Of a DNA stretch of 64,000 bases, positions 47,461-63,100 are shown piece after piece. Positions within the stretch are counted from its first letter, which is position 1; each line of letters begins with the position of its first letter. Below the pieces are notes generated by a model. That model did no database searches. It was not told where the DNA came from and saw only the letters and a program-made list of their open reading frames with translations. The stretch comes from Eledone cirrhosa (taxonomy: Eukaryota). The DNA lies in the NCBI GenBank assembly GCA_964016885.1, contig OZ024747.1, positions 75,888,001 to 75,952,000 of the forward strand, given 5' to 3'. Position numbers and translations under genes: made by a program.

Positions 47461-47781
47461 TCTATGACTCTAAGTATGTTACTCCCCAACACAAACTACA
47501 ATAACATTTCAATGGAAAACCCCAAACTCATTTATCATTTCCGACGCTTAACTATTGGCTACTTAATTTAAATCTCTAAATAGACCCGAACCTTTAAATT
47601 CTCTCCCTTTTAAACCCATGCTACGCCCCAAACACCACGTGAATGATTTCATCTCTAATCATTGTCCAAACTTGTGCGTTAATATTTTCCTAACTTTATC
47701 CATAAATTGTTTACCTGGCTATTTATTTCATAATACTTGACAATATAACAGATTATAACCTATTATTATGGGTACACAAAG

Positions 47782-47973
47782 GGCGGTGAATTGGCAGTAT
47801 CGGTAGAGGGTCGGACACCATGCTTTATAGCATAGTTATGTCCCTTTACGGTCCGAGTTCAAATCCCGTCGAGGTTAACTTTGCCTTTCATCCTTACGGG
47901 GGTTGATAAAATAAAGTACCAGTAATGTACTGGGTAATTGATGGTCTTGTGCCAAAAGTAGAAACAATTATTA
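47782..47973 (+). mobile_element. tRNA-derived SINE, best-preserved copy
   Basis: A box tggcagtatcgg, B box gagttcaaatcc, central core gcctttcatcctt.cggggg.tgataaaataaagtaccag and (ATT)n tail. It is flanked by a direct repeat attattatgggtacacaaa (47762-47780 and 47967-47984), a likely target-site duplication. Confidence 0.88.
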
Positions 47974-48578
47974 TGGGTACACAAATGGAGGCGAAGGGTA
48001 TCGATGCTACCATAAAACTAAATTTATGGTCCTTTTGTATATTTCTCCCTCATTACCGACTCTTCGTCGTTCCTTTCGATAGTGACGTCTAAACAAACTT
48101 GTTAACGTCGTAAATAAGAGTTCATAGGCTGACTAAGATACTCTCATGGAATGTCCAAATGAGATATATTTTTCAATATAGTCCCTGGAAAGAAACAATG
48201 CAATTATTAATAAGAATTGAATTTAATGCATCACGATATCACAGCTCTCCTTCATAGTTAGCCTATGAACTTTTCAGCCTAGCCTCGTATATCTCATCCA
48301 AAATATCGGGATAAATTTTATGTAGTAAGATTAAAAAATAAAGAGAGTATTCGTAATAAAGTTTGAATTGTAATCTATTTCAGACATAGAATAACAACCA
48401 TCTTACTCTAAACATGAATAGACAAAATGATTAAAATAATACAATTCATAGGTTATATCATACATAGAGTTATATATACAATTTGTTTAATATAAATACA
48501 AGTTGTTTCATAAAGATAGCTCATAAATTTACCTCCTTCCCGCTCTTCTCTCATCACATGCACGTACATACACACAAA

Positions 48579-48643
<65 letters not shown>

Positions 48644-48667
48644 GCGCGCGAACTCCCACACATCCAT

Positions 48668-48722
<55 letters not shown>

Positions 48723-48852
48723 TATATAGAACAAATACATTTAAAGATACTCATAGTTGCTTAGCTACATACATGATTTTGTTACTAGAAATTGTTATTT
48801 GTTCCATATGTTCCTCCCCCTTCACACTCTCTTTCTCTTTCTCTATCTCTTT

Positions 48853-48888
<36 letters not shown>

Positions 48889-49065
48889 GAACATAAGTAA
48901 ACATAAACATAAATAGAGCTGTGTTGTTGATTTGGTTACTACAAAATACTGAATGCACACACATCGACGCACTCTCGCACAGAAACACAGACACACGCAC
49001 ACACACACACACATACACACACACACACACACACGCACACACACGCACGCACACACATACACGCG

Positions 49066-49102
<37 letters not shown>

Positions 49103-49266
49103 GTATCTATATCAGTGTGTGCATCTATGTGTAAGTAAATAATACAAATTCTGTTTGTTTAAATATAATTGGAATTAACTGAACGGAGAATAGTATTAGA
49201 AGTTAAAAAGTGATCGATATTAAATATATTTCGAAATTATAATAATTTCTAACATAGGATATAATA

Positions 49267-49495
49267 TGATAGAATTGAGAGGAGAATATAGTAGAACAGA
49301 TACACTCTAGTACCTCACTAGTATTGCATAGAATTGAGAGGAGAATATACTAGAACAGATACACTCTAGTACCTCACTAGTATTGCAGGAATGAAAGCAA
49401 TTATCACCCCGGTGGTACTTAGACGCAACATAGTACCTCACTAGTATTGCATGAATGAAAGCAATTATGACCCCGGTGGTACTTAGACGCAACAT
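49267..49495. repeat. Two overlapping tandem duplications (~59-62 bp)
   Basis: atagaattgagaggagaatata occurs twice, tagtacctcactagtattgca three times and gaatgaaagcaattat..cttagacgcaaca twice. Confidence 0.85.
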
Positions 49496-50460
49496 TTAAA
49501 AAGACGTAATGATGTAATGCCCTCCACTTCCAACTAACTTACCCTCCATCTTTTCGTCTTGGCCGAAAGAATAGGGAATACATTGTCTCAGAAAACGACG
49601 AGGGAGACGCGCTGAAACAGCCACTCCATCTTGAGGGCCTCGCGCCAGCAAACAGTCAACTCCACTCCGTTAAGGGTGAGTGGGGATGTGGTCTGGGAGC
49701 CAAGGACTCCGGAAATCCTCCACTGTTACAGGTTCTGCCACAAACCTATTAGAGAGCGGCCGATACTTGGACAGTTTGCCAACTTCAGCTTGTTGGGTAG
49801 CTGAGCCTGGGCTGGTAACCAAACGCGCTAGGTCACCCCTTGAGTAGGTGTCATAGCATGTGGCATCTCCGAGGAGGGGCCTAGCCCCGCGGTACTGGAA
49901 GATTGTGATGCTATCAGACCTTTTGCCGTCCCTAGCTAGGAAGGGAAACCGATGCCATTTACTTCATGCCGTACGGGGTCAATAAACTAAAGTACCAATA
50001 ATGTACCATTTTTTGGCCTTGTGCCTAAATCATAAATCATTATTACTTGTCCTTATCTTATCCACCTTGAATATATGAATGGCAAAGTTGTCTTTGGCAG
50101 AATAGGAACTAAGAACCTAACAAATCGTGACTAAATTCCGCGAGGTATTTTCTCACAGCTTTGCAAAATCTGCCTTGCAAAATTATTTGAAATACATGCT
50201 ATTCTTTATCTTAAAAACTGGAACACATATCTTCAGTTACTTATATGTTTATACCCCACCGAGCACCCAATGGAATACCGTTAAAGAATCAATGGAATGC
50301 CGAGAGAGGAAAAAATAAAATGATATAGTTGTCTAGTTTCTAAGGAAATGTAAAGGATAAGGTTTGACTTACTTTAAAATTTCACACATTTTCTTTCAGA
50401 TATATATTTACATAACTCTATTTTTCAAGGATATATATAAGTTGCTTGGTGTTTTTTCAG

Positions 50461-50535
50461 TACAGACCAGCCATTATCTGGCAAGCCTACAACAAAAGCA
50501 CTTGTCTGTCTGTGTTTGGGAGTAGGTTTTCCAAA
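50461..50535 (+). CDS. Candidate host exon (phase 2-2), TDQPLSGKPTTKALVCLCLGVGFPK
   Basis: Acceptor gttttttcag| and donor |gtcagt, open frame, phase-compatible with 50987. No homolog recognised. Confidence 0.3.
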
Positions 50536-50986
50536 GTCAGTCACTTTTTTTTTTTTTTTTTTTCTTTTTGAAACCGTTGTGTTTAGAGGACGGGATTGCT
50601 ATTCCGATAAAAACATGGATTCCTTAGTTTGAGTGGGTCTATATGTCAGTGGGTAAAATGTAATAGTCAACCATCGTCTTGTGTCGGATTTCACCTGATA
50701 CACTAGCTTTAAAAAGAATCCAGCATGACTTTAGTAGCCAATGCGTGTAAAGGATTTATTTGAAACTTATGATTCTCTCCCTTTCAAAGCCATACATTAT
50801 GCTAGGCAGTGCACAGTAGAATATGGAAGAGTAAATACCTGGAATTTCATTTGATCGAACATGTAGGTCTGAAAAGAAAAATAAGTCCATGAAAGGAAGT
50901 AATAAAACATTAGAGCTCAAACTATTACGAGTTTCTCGTAATAGTTTGAGCTCTCTATTAGTCCCTGGTCAACAATGTTTGAATAG

Positions 50987-51113
50987 ACCTATATACAGAG
51001 TTATTTCAGCTATGGACTTTATGTATAGTCTTGACTATTCTGCACTTTCAATGGCCCAACTCAAAGGATTCATCTCAGATTTAGTTGGTGACTCTAAAAA
51101 AAGCGGTTACTAC
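50987..51113 (+). CDS. Candidate host exon (phase 2-0), PIYRVISAMDFMYSLDYSALSMAQLKGFISDLVGDSKKSGYY
   Basis: Weak acceptor gaatag|, good donor |gtatgt, open frame with protein-like composition. Confidence 0.33.
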
Positions 51114-51139
51114 GTATGTGATAACAGAATTATTGAGTA

Positions 51140-54100
51140 GTAGTAGAATTACGAATAGTAGTAGGACTATGATGAGGATTGCGGCTACTAATATTTGTAC
51201 AACTATGATGAGGACTGCGACTACTAATTGTACGACAATGATGAGAACTGTGATTAATACTAGTTGTATGTCTATGATAAGAATTACAGCTACTAACAGT
51301 AGTAAAAGTATGGTCAGAACTGCGACTACTAACAGTAGTAAGACTATGATTAAATCTGCGATTACTAACAGTAGTTTAACTATGGTGATAACTACGACTA
51401 CTAACAGTAGTTTAACTATGGTGATAACTACGACTACTAACAGTAGTTTAACTATGGTGATAACTACGACTACTAACAGTAGTTTAACTATGCTGATAAC
51501 TACGACTACTAACAGTAGTTTAACTATGGTGATAACTACGACTACTAACAATAGTATAACTATGGTGATAACTACGATTACTAACGGTAGTATAACTATG
51601 GTGATAACTACGACTACTAACAGTAGTATAACTATGGTGATAACTACGACTACTAACAGTAGTTTAACTATGGTGATAACTACGACTATTAACAGTAGTT
51701 TAACTATGGTGATAACTACGACTACTAACAGTAGTTTAACTATGGTGATAACTACGACTACTAATAGTAGTATATCTATGGTGATAACTACGACTACTAA
51801 CAGTAGTTTAAATATGGTGATAACTACGACGAATAACAGTAGTATAACTATGGTGATAACTACGACTACTAACAGTAGTATATCTATGGTGATAACTACG
51901 ACTACTAACAGTAGTTTAACTATGGTGATAACTACGACGAATAACAGTAGCATAACTATGGTGATAACTACGACTACTAACAGTAGTATATCTATGGTGA
52001 TAACTACGACTACTAACAGTAGTATAACTATGGTGATAACTACGATTAATAACAGTAGTTTAACTATTGTGATAACTACGACTACTAACAGTAGTTTAAC
52101 TATGGTGATAACTACGACTACTAACAGTAGTATATCTATGGTGATAACTACGACTACTAACAGTAGTTTAATTATGGTGATAACTACGATTACTAACAGT
52201 AGTATAACTATGGTGATATCTACGATTACTAACAGTAGTATAACTATGGTGATAACTACGACTACTAACAGTAGTATAACTATGGTGATAACTACGACTA
52301 CTAACAGTAGTATATCTATGGTGATAACTACGACTACTAAAAGTAGTATAACTATGGTGATAACTACGATTATTAACATTAGTATAACTATGGTGATAAC
52401 TACGATTACTAACAGTAGTTTAACTATGGTGATAACTACGACTACTAACAGTAGTATAACTATGGTGATAACTACGACTACTAACAGTAGTATAACTATG
52501 GTGATAACTACGACTACTAACAATAGTATAACTATGGTGATAACTACGATTATAACAGTAGTATAACTATGGTGATAACTACGACTACTAACAGTAGTAT
52601 AACTATGGTGATAATTACGACTACTAACAATAGTATAACTATGGTGATAACTACGATTACTAACAGTAGTATAACTATGGTGATAACTACGACGACTAAC
52701 AATAGTATAACTATGATGATAACTACGACTACTAACAATAGTATAACTATGGTGATAACTACGATTACTAACAGTAGTATAACTATGGTGATAACTACGA
52801 CGACTAACGATAGTATAACTATGGTGATAACTACGACGACTAACAATAGTATACCTATGGTGATAACTACGACGACTAACAATAGTATACCTATGGTGAT
52901 AACTACGACCACTAACAGTAGTATAACTATGGTGATAACTACGACGACTAACAATAGTATACCTATGGTGATAACTACGACGACTAACAATAGTATAACT
53001 ATGGTGATAACTACGACTACTAACAATAGTATAACTATGGTGATAACTACGATTACTAACAGTCGTTTAACTATGGTGATAACTACGACTACTAACAGTA
53101 GTATAACTATGGTGATAACTACGACGACTAACAGTAGTTTAACTATGGTGATAACTACGACTACTAACAGTAGTTTAACTATGGTGATAACTACGATTAC
53201 TAACAGTAGTTTAACAATGGTGATAACTACGATTACTAACGGTAGTATAACTATGGTGATAACTACGACTACTAACAGTAGTATTACTATGGTGATAACT
53301 ACGACTACTAACAGTAGTATAACTATGGTGATAACTACGATTACTAACAGTAGTATAAATATGGTGATAACTACGACTACTAACAGTAGTATAACTACGG
53401 TGATAACTACGACTGCTAACAGTAGTTTAACTATGGTGATAACTACGACTACTAACAGTAGTTTAACTATGGTGATAACTACGATTACTAACAGTAGTTT
53501 AACTATGGTGATAACTACGACTGCTAACAGTAGTTTAACTATGGTGATAACTACGACTACTAACAGTAGTTTAACTATGGTGATAACTACGATTACTAAC
53601 AGTAGTTTAACTATGGTGATAACTACGATTACTAACAGTAGTATAAATATGGTGATAACTACGACTACTAACAGTAGTATAACTATGGTGATAACTACGA
53701 CTACTAACAGTAGTATAACTATGGTGATAACTACGATTACTAACAGTAGTATAACTATGGTGATAACTACGACTACTAACAGTAGTATACCTATGGTGAT
53801 AACTACGACTACTAACAGTAGTATACCTATGGTGATAACTACGACTACTAACAGTAGTATACCTATGGTGATAACTACGATTACTAACAGTAGTTTAACT
53901 ATGGTGATAACTACGATTACTAACAGTAGTATAACTATGGTAATAACTACGATTACTAACAGTAGTTTAACTATGGTGATAACTACAACTACTAACAGTA
54001 GTATAACTATGCTTATAACTACGACTGCTAACAGTAGTATAACTATGGTGATAACTACGACTACTAACAGTAGTATATCTATGGTGATAACTACGAATAC

Positions 54101-57100
54101 TAACAGTAGTATAACTATGGTGATAACTACGACTACTAACAGTAGTATAACTATGGTGATAACTACGACTACTAACAGTAGTATAACTATGGTGATTACT
54201 ACGATTACTAACAGTAGTATAAATATGGTAATAACAACGATTACTAACAGTAGTTTAACTATGGTGATAACTATGACTACTAACAGTAGTATAACTATGG
54301 TAATAACTACGATTACTAACAGTAGTATAACTATGGTGATAACTACGACTACTAACAGTAGTATAACTATAGTGATAACTACGACTACTAACAGTAGTAT
54401 AACTATGGTGGTAACTACGACGACTAACAATAGTATAACTATGGTGATAACTACGATTACTAACAGTAGTATAACTATGGTGATAACTACGATTACTAAC
54501 AGTAGTTTAACTATGGTTATAACTACGACTACTAACAGTAGTATAACTATGGTGATAACTACGATTACTAACAGTAGTTTAACTATGGTTATAACTACGA
54601 TTACTAACAGTAGTATAACTATGGTGATAACTACGATTACTAACAGTAGTTTAACTATGGTGATAACTACGACTACTAACAGTAGTATAACTATGGTGAT
54701 AACTACGATTACTAACAGTAGTTTAACTATGGTGATAACTACGACTACTAACAGTAGTTTAACTATGGGGATAACTACGACTACTAACAGTAGTATAACT
54801 ATGGTGATAACTACGACTACTAACAATAGTATAAATATGGTGATAACTACGACTACTAACAGTAGTTTAACTATGGTGATAACTACGATTACTTACAGTA
54901 GTATAACTATGGGGATAACAATGACTACTAACAGTTGTATAACTATGGTGATAACTACGATTACTAACAGTAGTATAACTATGGTGATAACTACGATTAT
55001 TAACAGTAGTATAACTATGGTGATAACTACGATTACTTACAGTAGTATAACTATGGTGATAACAATGACTACTAACAGTAGTATAACTATGGTGATAACT
55101 ACGACCACTAACAGTAGTATAACTATGGTGATAACTACGATTATTAACAGTAGTATAACTATGGTGATAACTACGATTACTTACAGTAGTATAACTATGG
55201 TGATAACTACGACGACTAACAATAGTATACCTATGGTGATAACTACGACTACTAACAATAGTATACCTATGGTTATAACTACGATTACTAACAGTAGTAT
55301 AACTATGGTGATAACTACGATTATTAACAGTAGTATAACTATGGTGATAACTACGATTACTAACAGTAGTTTAACTATGGTGATAACTACCACTACTAAC
55401 AGTAGTATAACTATGGTGATAACTACGATTACTTACAGTAGTATAACTATGGGGATAACAATGACTACTAACAGTTGTATAACTATGGTGATAACTACGA
55501 CGACTAACAATAGTATAACTATGGTGATAACTACGACTACTAACAGTAGTTTAACTATGGTGATAACTACGATTACTAACAGTAGTTTAACTATGCTGAT
55601 AACTACGACTACTAACAGTAGTATAACTATGGTAATAACTACGATTACTAACAGTAGTTTAACTATTGTGATAACTACGACTACTAACAGTAGTTTAACT
55701 ATGGTGATAACTACGACTACTAACAGTAGTATAACTATGGTGATAACTACGACTACTAACAGTAGTTTAACTATGATGATAACTACTACTACTAACAATA
55801 GTATAACTATGGTGATAACTACGACTACTAACAGTAGTATAACTATGGTGATAACTATGACTACTAACAGTAGTTTAACTATGGTGATAACTACGACTAC
55901 TAACAGTAGTTTAACTATGGGGATAACTACGACTACTAACAGTAGTATAACTATGGTGATAACTACGACTACTAACAATAGTATAAATATGGTGATAACT
56001 ACGACTACTAACAGTAGTTTAACTATGGTGATAACTACGATTACTTACAGTAGTATAACTATGGGGATAACAATGACTACTAACAGTTGTATAACTATGG
56101 TGATAACTACGATTACTAACAGTAGTATAACTATGGTGATAACTACGATTATTAACAGTAGTATAACTATGGTGATAACTACGATTACTTACAGTAGTAT
56201 AACTATGGTGATAACAATGACTACTAACAGTAGTATAACTATGGTGATAACTACGACCACTAACAGTAGTATAACTATGGTGATAACTACGATTATTAAC
56301 AGTAGTATAACTATGGTGATAACTACGATTACTTACAGTAGTATAACTATGGTGATAACTACGACGACTAACAATAGTATACCTATGGTGATAACTACGA
56401 CTACTAACAATAGTATACCTATGGTTATAACTACGATTACTAACAGTAGTATAACTATGGTGATAACTACGATTATTAACAGTAGTATAACTATGGTGAT
56501 AACTACGATTACTAACAGTAGTTTAACTATGGTGATAACTACCACTACTAACAGTAGTATAACTATGGTGATAACTACGATTACTTACAGTAGTATAACT
56601 ATGGGGATAACAATGACTACTAACAGTTGTATAACTATGGTGATAACTACGACGACTAACAATAGTATAACTATGGTGATAACTACGACTACTAACAGTA
56701 GTTTAACTATGGTGATAACTACGATTACTAACAGTAGTTTAACTATGCTGATAACTACGACTACTAACAGTAGTATAACTATGGTAATAACTACGATTAC
56801 TAACAGTAGTTTAACTATTGTGATAACTACGACTACTAACAGTAGTTTAACTATGGTGATAACTACGACTACTAACAGTAGTATAACTATGGTGATAACT
56901 ACGACTACTAACAGTAGTTTAACTATGATGATAACTACTACTACTAACAATAGTATAACTATGGTGATAACTACGACTACTAACAGTAGTATAACTATGG
57001 TGATAACTATGACTACTAACAGTAGTTTAACTATGGTGATAACTACGACTACTAACAGTAGTATAACTATGGTGATAACTACGACGACTAACAGTAGTAT

Positions 57101-60100
57101 AACTATGGTGATAACTACGACTACTAACAGCAGTTTAACTATGGTGATAACTACGACTACTAACAGTAGTATAACTATGGTGATAACTACGACGACTAAC
57201 AATAGTATAACTATGGTGATAACTACGATTACTAACAGTAGTTTAACTATGGTTATAACTACGACTACTAACAGTAGTATAACTATGGTGATAACTACGA
57301 TTACTAACAGTAGTTTAACTATGGTTATAACTACGATTACTAACAGTAGTATAACTATGGTGATAACTACGATTACTAACAGTAGTTTAACTATGGTGAT
57401 AACTACGACTACTAACAGTAGTATAACTATGGTGATAACTACGATTACTAACAGTAGTTTAACTATGGTGATAACTACGACTACTAACAGTAGTTTAACT
57501 ATGGGGATAACTACGACTACTAACAGTAGTATAACTATGGTGATAACTACGACTACTAACAATAGTATAAATATGGTGATAACTACGACTACTAACAGTA
57601 GTTTAACTATGGTGATAACTACGATTACTTACAGTAGTATAACTATGGGGATAACAATGACTACTAACAGTTGTATAACTATGGTGATAACTACGATTAC
57701 TAACAGTAGTATAACTATGGTGATAACTACGATTATTAACAGTAGTATAACTATGGTGATAACTACGATTACTTACAGTAGTATAACTATGGTGATAACA
57801 ATGACTACTAACAGTAGTATAACTATGGTGATAACTACGACCACTAACAGTAGTATAACTATGGTGATAACTACGATTATTAACAGTAGTATAACTATGG
57901 TGATAACTACGATTACTTACAGTAGTATAACTAATGGTGATAACTACGACGACTAACAATAGTATACCTATGGTGATAACTACGACTACTAACAATAGTA
58001 TACCTATGGTTATAACTACGATTACTAACAGTAGTATAACTATGGTGATAACTACGATTATTAACAGTAGTATAACTATGGTGATAACTACGATTACTAA
58101 CAGTAGTTTAACTATGGTGATAACTACCACTACTAACAGTAGTGTAACTATGGTGATAACTACGATTACTTACAGTAGTATAACTATGGGGATAACAATG
58201 ACTACTAACAGTTGTATAACTATGGTGATAACTACGACGACTAACAATAGTATAACTATGGTGATAACTACGACTACTAACAGTAGTTTAACTATGGTGA
58301 TAACTACGATTACTAACAGTAGTTTAACTATGCTGATAACTACGACTACTAACAGTAGTATAACTATGGTAATAACTACGATTACTAACAGTAGTTTAAC
58401 TATTGTGATAACTACGACTACTAACAGTAGTTTAACTATGGTGATAACTACGACTACTAACAGTAGTATAACTATGGTGATAACTACGACTACTAACAGT
58501 AGTTTAACTATGGTGATAACTACGACTACTAACAGTAGTATAACTATGGTGGTAACTACGACGACTAACAATAGTATAACTATGGTGATAACTACGATTA
58601 CTAACAGTAGTATAACTATGGTGATAACTACGATTACTAACAGTAGTTTAACTATGGTTATAACTACGACTACTAACAGTAGTATAACTATGGTGATAAC
58701 TACGATTACTAACAGTAGTTTAACTATGGTTATAACTACGATTACTAACAGTAGTATAACTATGGTGATAACTACGATTACTAACAGTAGTTTAACTATG
58801 GTGATAACTACGACTACTAACAGTAGTATAACTATGGTGATAACTACGATTACTAACAGTAGTTTAACTATGGTGATAACTACGACTACTAACAGTAGTT
58901 TAACTATGGGGATAACTACGACTACTAACAGTAGTATAACTATGGTGATAACTACGACTACTAACAATAGTATAAATATGGTGATAACTACGACTACTAA
59001 CAGTAGTTTAACTATGGTGATAACTACGATTACTTACAGTAGTATAACTATGGGGATAACAATGACTACTAACAGTTGTATAACTATGGTGATAACTACG
59101 ATTACTAACAGTAGTATAACTATGGTGATAACTACGATTATTAACAGTAGTATAACTATGGTGATAACTACGATTACTTACAGTAGTATAACTATGGTGA
59201 TAACAATGACTACTAACAGTAGTATAACTATGGTGATAACTACGACCACTAACAGTAGTATAACTATGGTGATAACTACGATTATTAACAGTAGTATAAC
59301 TATGGTGATAACTACGATTACTTACAGTAGTATAACTATGGTGATAACTACGACGACTAACAATAGTATACCTATGGTGATAACTACGACTACTAACAAT
59401 AGTATACCTATGGTTATAACTACGATTACTAACAGTAGTATAACTATGGTGATAACTACGATTATTAACAGTAGTATAACTATGGTGATAACTACGATTA
59501 CTAACAGTAGTTTAACTATGGTGATAACTACCACTACTAACAGTAGTATAACTATGGTGATAACTACGATTACTTACAGTAGTATAACTATGGGGATAAC
59601 AATGACTACTAACAGTTGTATAACTATGGTGATAACTACGACGACTAACAATAGTATAACTATGGTGATAACTACGACTACTAACAGTAGTTTAACTATG
59701 GTGATAACTACGATTACTAACAGTAGTTTAACTATGCTGATAACTACGACTACTAACAGTAGTATAACTATGGTAATAACTACGATTACTAACAGTAGTT
59801 TAACTATTGTGATAACTACGACTACTAACAGTAGTTTAACTATGGTGATAACTACGACTACTAACAGTAGTATAACTATGGTGATAACTACGACTACTAA
59901 CAGTAGTTTAACTATGATGATAACTACTACTACTAACAATAGTATAACTATGGTGATAACTACGACTACTAACAGTAGTATAACTATGGTGATAACTATG
60001 ACTACTAACAGTAGTTTAACTATGGTGATAACTACGACTACTAACAGTAGTTTAACTATGGGGATAACTACGACTACTAACAGTAGTATAACTATGGTGA

Positions 60101-63100
60101 TAACTACGACTACTAACAATAGTATAAATATGGTGATAACTACGACTACTAACAGTAGTTTAACTATGGTGATAACTACGATTACTTACAGTAGTATAAC
60201 TATGGGGATAACAATGACTACTAACAGTTGTATAACTATGGTGATAACTACGATTACTAACAGTAGTATAACTATGGTGATAACTACGATTATTAACAGT
60301 AGTATAACTATGGTGATAACTACGATTACTTACAGTAGTATAACTATGGTGATAACAATGACTACTAACAGTAGTATAACTATGGTGATAACTACGACCA
60401 CTAACAGTAGTATAACTATGGTGATAACTACGATTATTAACAGTAGTATAACTATGGTGATAACTACGATTACTTACAGTAGTATAACTATGGTGATAAC
60501 TACGACGACTAACAATAGTATACCTATGGTGATAACTACGACTACTAACAATAGTATACCTATGGTTATAACTACGATTACTAACAGTAGTATAACTATG
60601 GTGATAACTACGATTATTAACAGTAGTATAACTATGGTGATAACTACGATTACTAACAGTAGTTTAACTATGGTGATAACTACCACTACTAACAGTAGTA
60701 TAACTATGGTGATAACTACGATTACTTACAGTAGTATAACTATGGGGATAACAATGACTACTAACAGTTGTATAACTATGGTGATAACTACGACGACTAA
60801 CAATAGTATAACTATGGTGATAACTACGACTACTAACAGTAGTTTAACTATGGTGATAACTACGATTACTAACAGTAGTTTAACTATGCTGATAACTACG
60901 ACTACTAACAGTAGTATAACTATGGTAATAACTACGATTACTAACAGTAGTTTAACTATTGTGATAACTACGACTACTAACAGTAGTTTAACTATGGTGA
61001 TAACTACGACTACTAACAGTAGTATAACTATGGTGATAACTACGACTACTAACAGTAGTTTAACTATGATGATAACTACTACTACTAACAATAGTATAAC
61101 TATGGTGATAACTACGACTACTAACAGTAGTATAACTATGGTGATAACTATGACTACTAACAGTAGTTTAACTATGGTGATAACTACGACTACTAACAGT
61201 AGTATAACTATGGTGATAACTACGACGACTAACAGTAGTATAACTATGGTGATAACTACGACTACTAACAGCAGTTTAACTATGGTGATAACTACGACTA
61301 CTAACAGTAGTATAACTATGGTGATAACTACGACGACTAACAATAGTATAACTATGGTGATAACTACGATTACTAACAGTAGTTTAACTATGGTTATAAC
61401 TACGACTACTAACAGTAGTATAACTATGGTGATAACTACGATTACTAACAGTAGTTTAACTATGGTTATAACTACGATTACTAACAGTAGTATAACTATG
61501 GTGATAACTACGATTACTAACAGTAGTTTAACTATGGTGATAACTACGACTACTAACAGTAGTATAACTATGGTGATAACTACGATTACTAACAGTAGTT
61601 TAACTATGGTGATAACTACGACTACTAACAGTAGTTTAACTATGGGGATAACTACGACTACTAACAGTAGTATAACTATGGTGATAACTACGACTACTAA
61701 CAATAGTATAAATATGGTGATAACTACGACTACTAACAGTAGTTTAACTATGGTGATAACTACGATTACTTACAGTAGTATAACTATGGGGATAACAATG
61801 ACTACTAACAGTTGTATAACTATGGTGATAACTACGATTACTAACAGTAGTATAACTATGGTGATAACTACGATTATTAACAGTAGTATAACTATGGTGA
61901 TAACTACGATTACTTACAGTAGTATAACTATGGTGATAACAATGACTACTAACAGTAGTATAACTATGGTGATAACTACGACCACTAACAGTAGTATAAC
62001 TATGGTGATAACTACGATTATTAACAGTAGTATAACTATGGTGATAACTACGATTACTTACAGTAGTATAACTATGGTGATAACTACGACGACTAACAAT
62101 AGTATACCTATGGTGATAACTACGACTACTAACAATAGTATACCTATGGTTATAACTACGATTACTAACAGTAGTATAACTATGGTGATAACTACGATTA
62201 TTAACAGTAGTATAACTATGGTGATAACTACGATTACTAACAGTAGTTTAACTATGGTGATAACTACCACTACTAACAGTAGTGTAACTATGGTGATAAC
62301 TACGATTACTTACAGTAGTATAACTATGGGGATAACAATGACTACTAACAGTTGTATAACTATGGTGATAACTACGACGACTAACAATAGTATAACTATG
62401 GTGATAACTACGACTACTAACAGTAGTTTAACTATGGTGATAACTACGATTACTAACAGTAGTTTAACTATGCTGATAACTACGACTACTAACAGTAGTA
62501 TAACTATGGTAATAAATACGATTACTAACAGTAGTTTAACTATTGTGATAACTACGACTACTAACAGTAGTTTAACTATGGTGATAACTACGACTACTAA
62601 CAGTAGTATAACTATGGTGATAACTACGACTACTAACAGTAGTTTAACTATGGTGATAACTACGACTACTAACAGTAGTTTAACTATGATGATAACTACT
62701 ACTACTAACAATAGTATAACTATGGTGATAACTACGACTACTAACAGTAGTATAACTATGGTGATAACTATCACTACTAACAGTAGTTTAACTATGGTGA
62801 TAACTACGACTACTAACAGTAGTATAACTATGGTGATAACTACGACGACTAACAGTAGTATAACTATGGTGATAACTACGACTACTAACAGCAGTTTAAC
62901 TATGGTGATAACTACGACTACTAACAGTAGTATAACTATGGTGATAACTACGATTACTAACAGTAGTTTAACTATTGTGATAACTACGACTACTAACAGT
63001 AGTTTAACTATGGTGATACCTACGACTACTAACAGTAGTATAACTATGGTGATAACTACGACTACTAACAGTAGTATAACTATGGTGATAACTACGACGA

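Noticed and set aside
47782-47870. tRNA gene
   Set aside because: A and B boxes are present, but there is no cloverleaf. The sequence continues into a SINE core and has many diverged copies.
48119-48272. 17-bp inverted repeat 120 bp apart
   Set aside because: No target duplication, no hammerhead and no other copy, so there is not enough to call an element.
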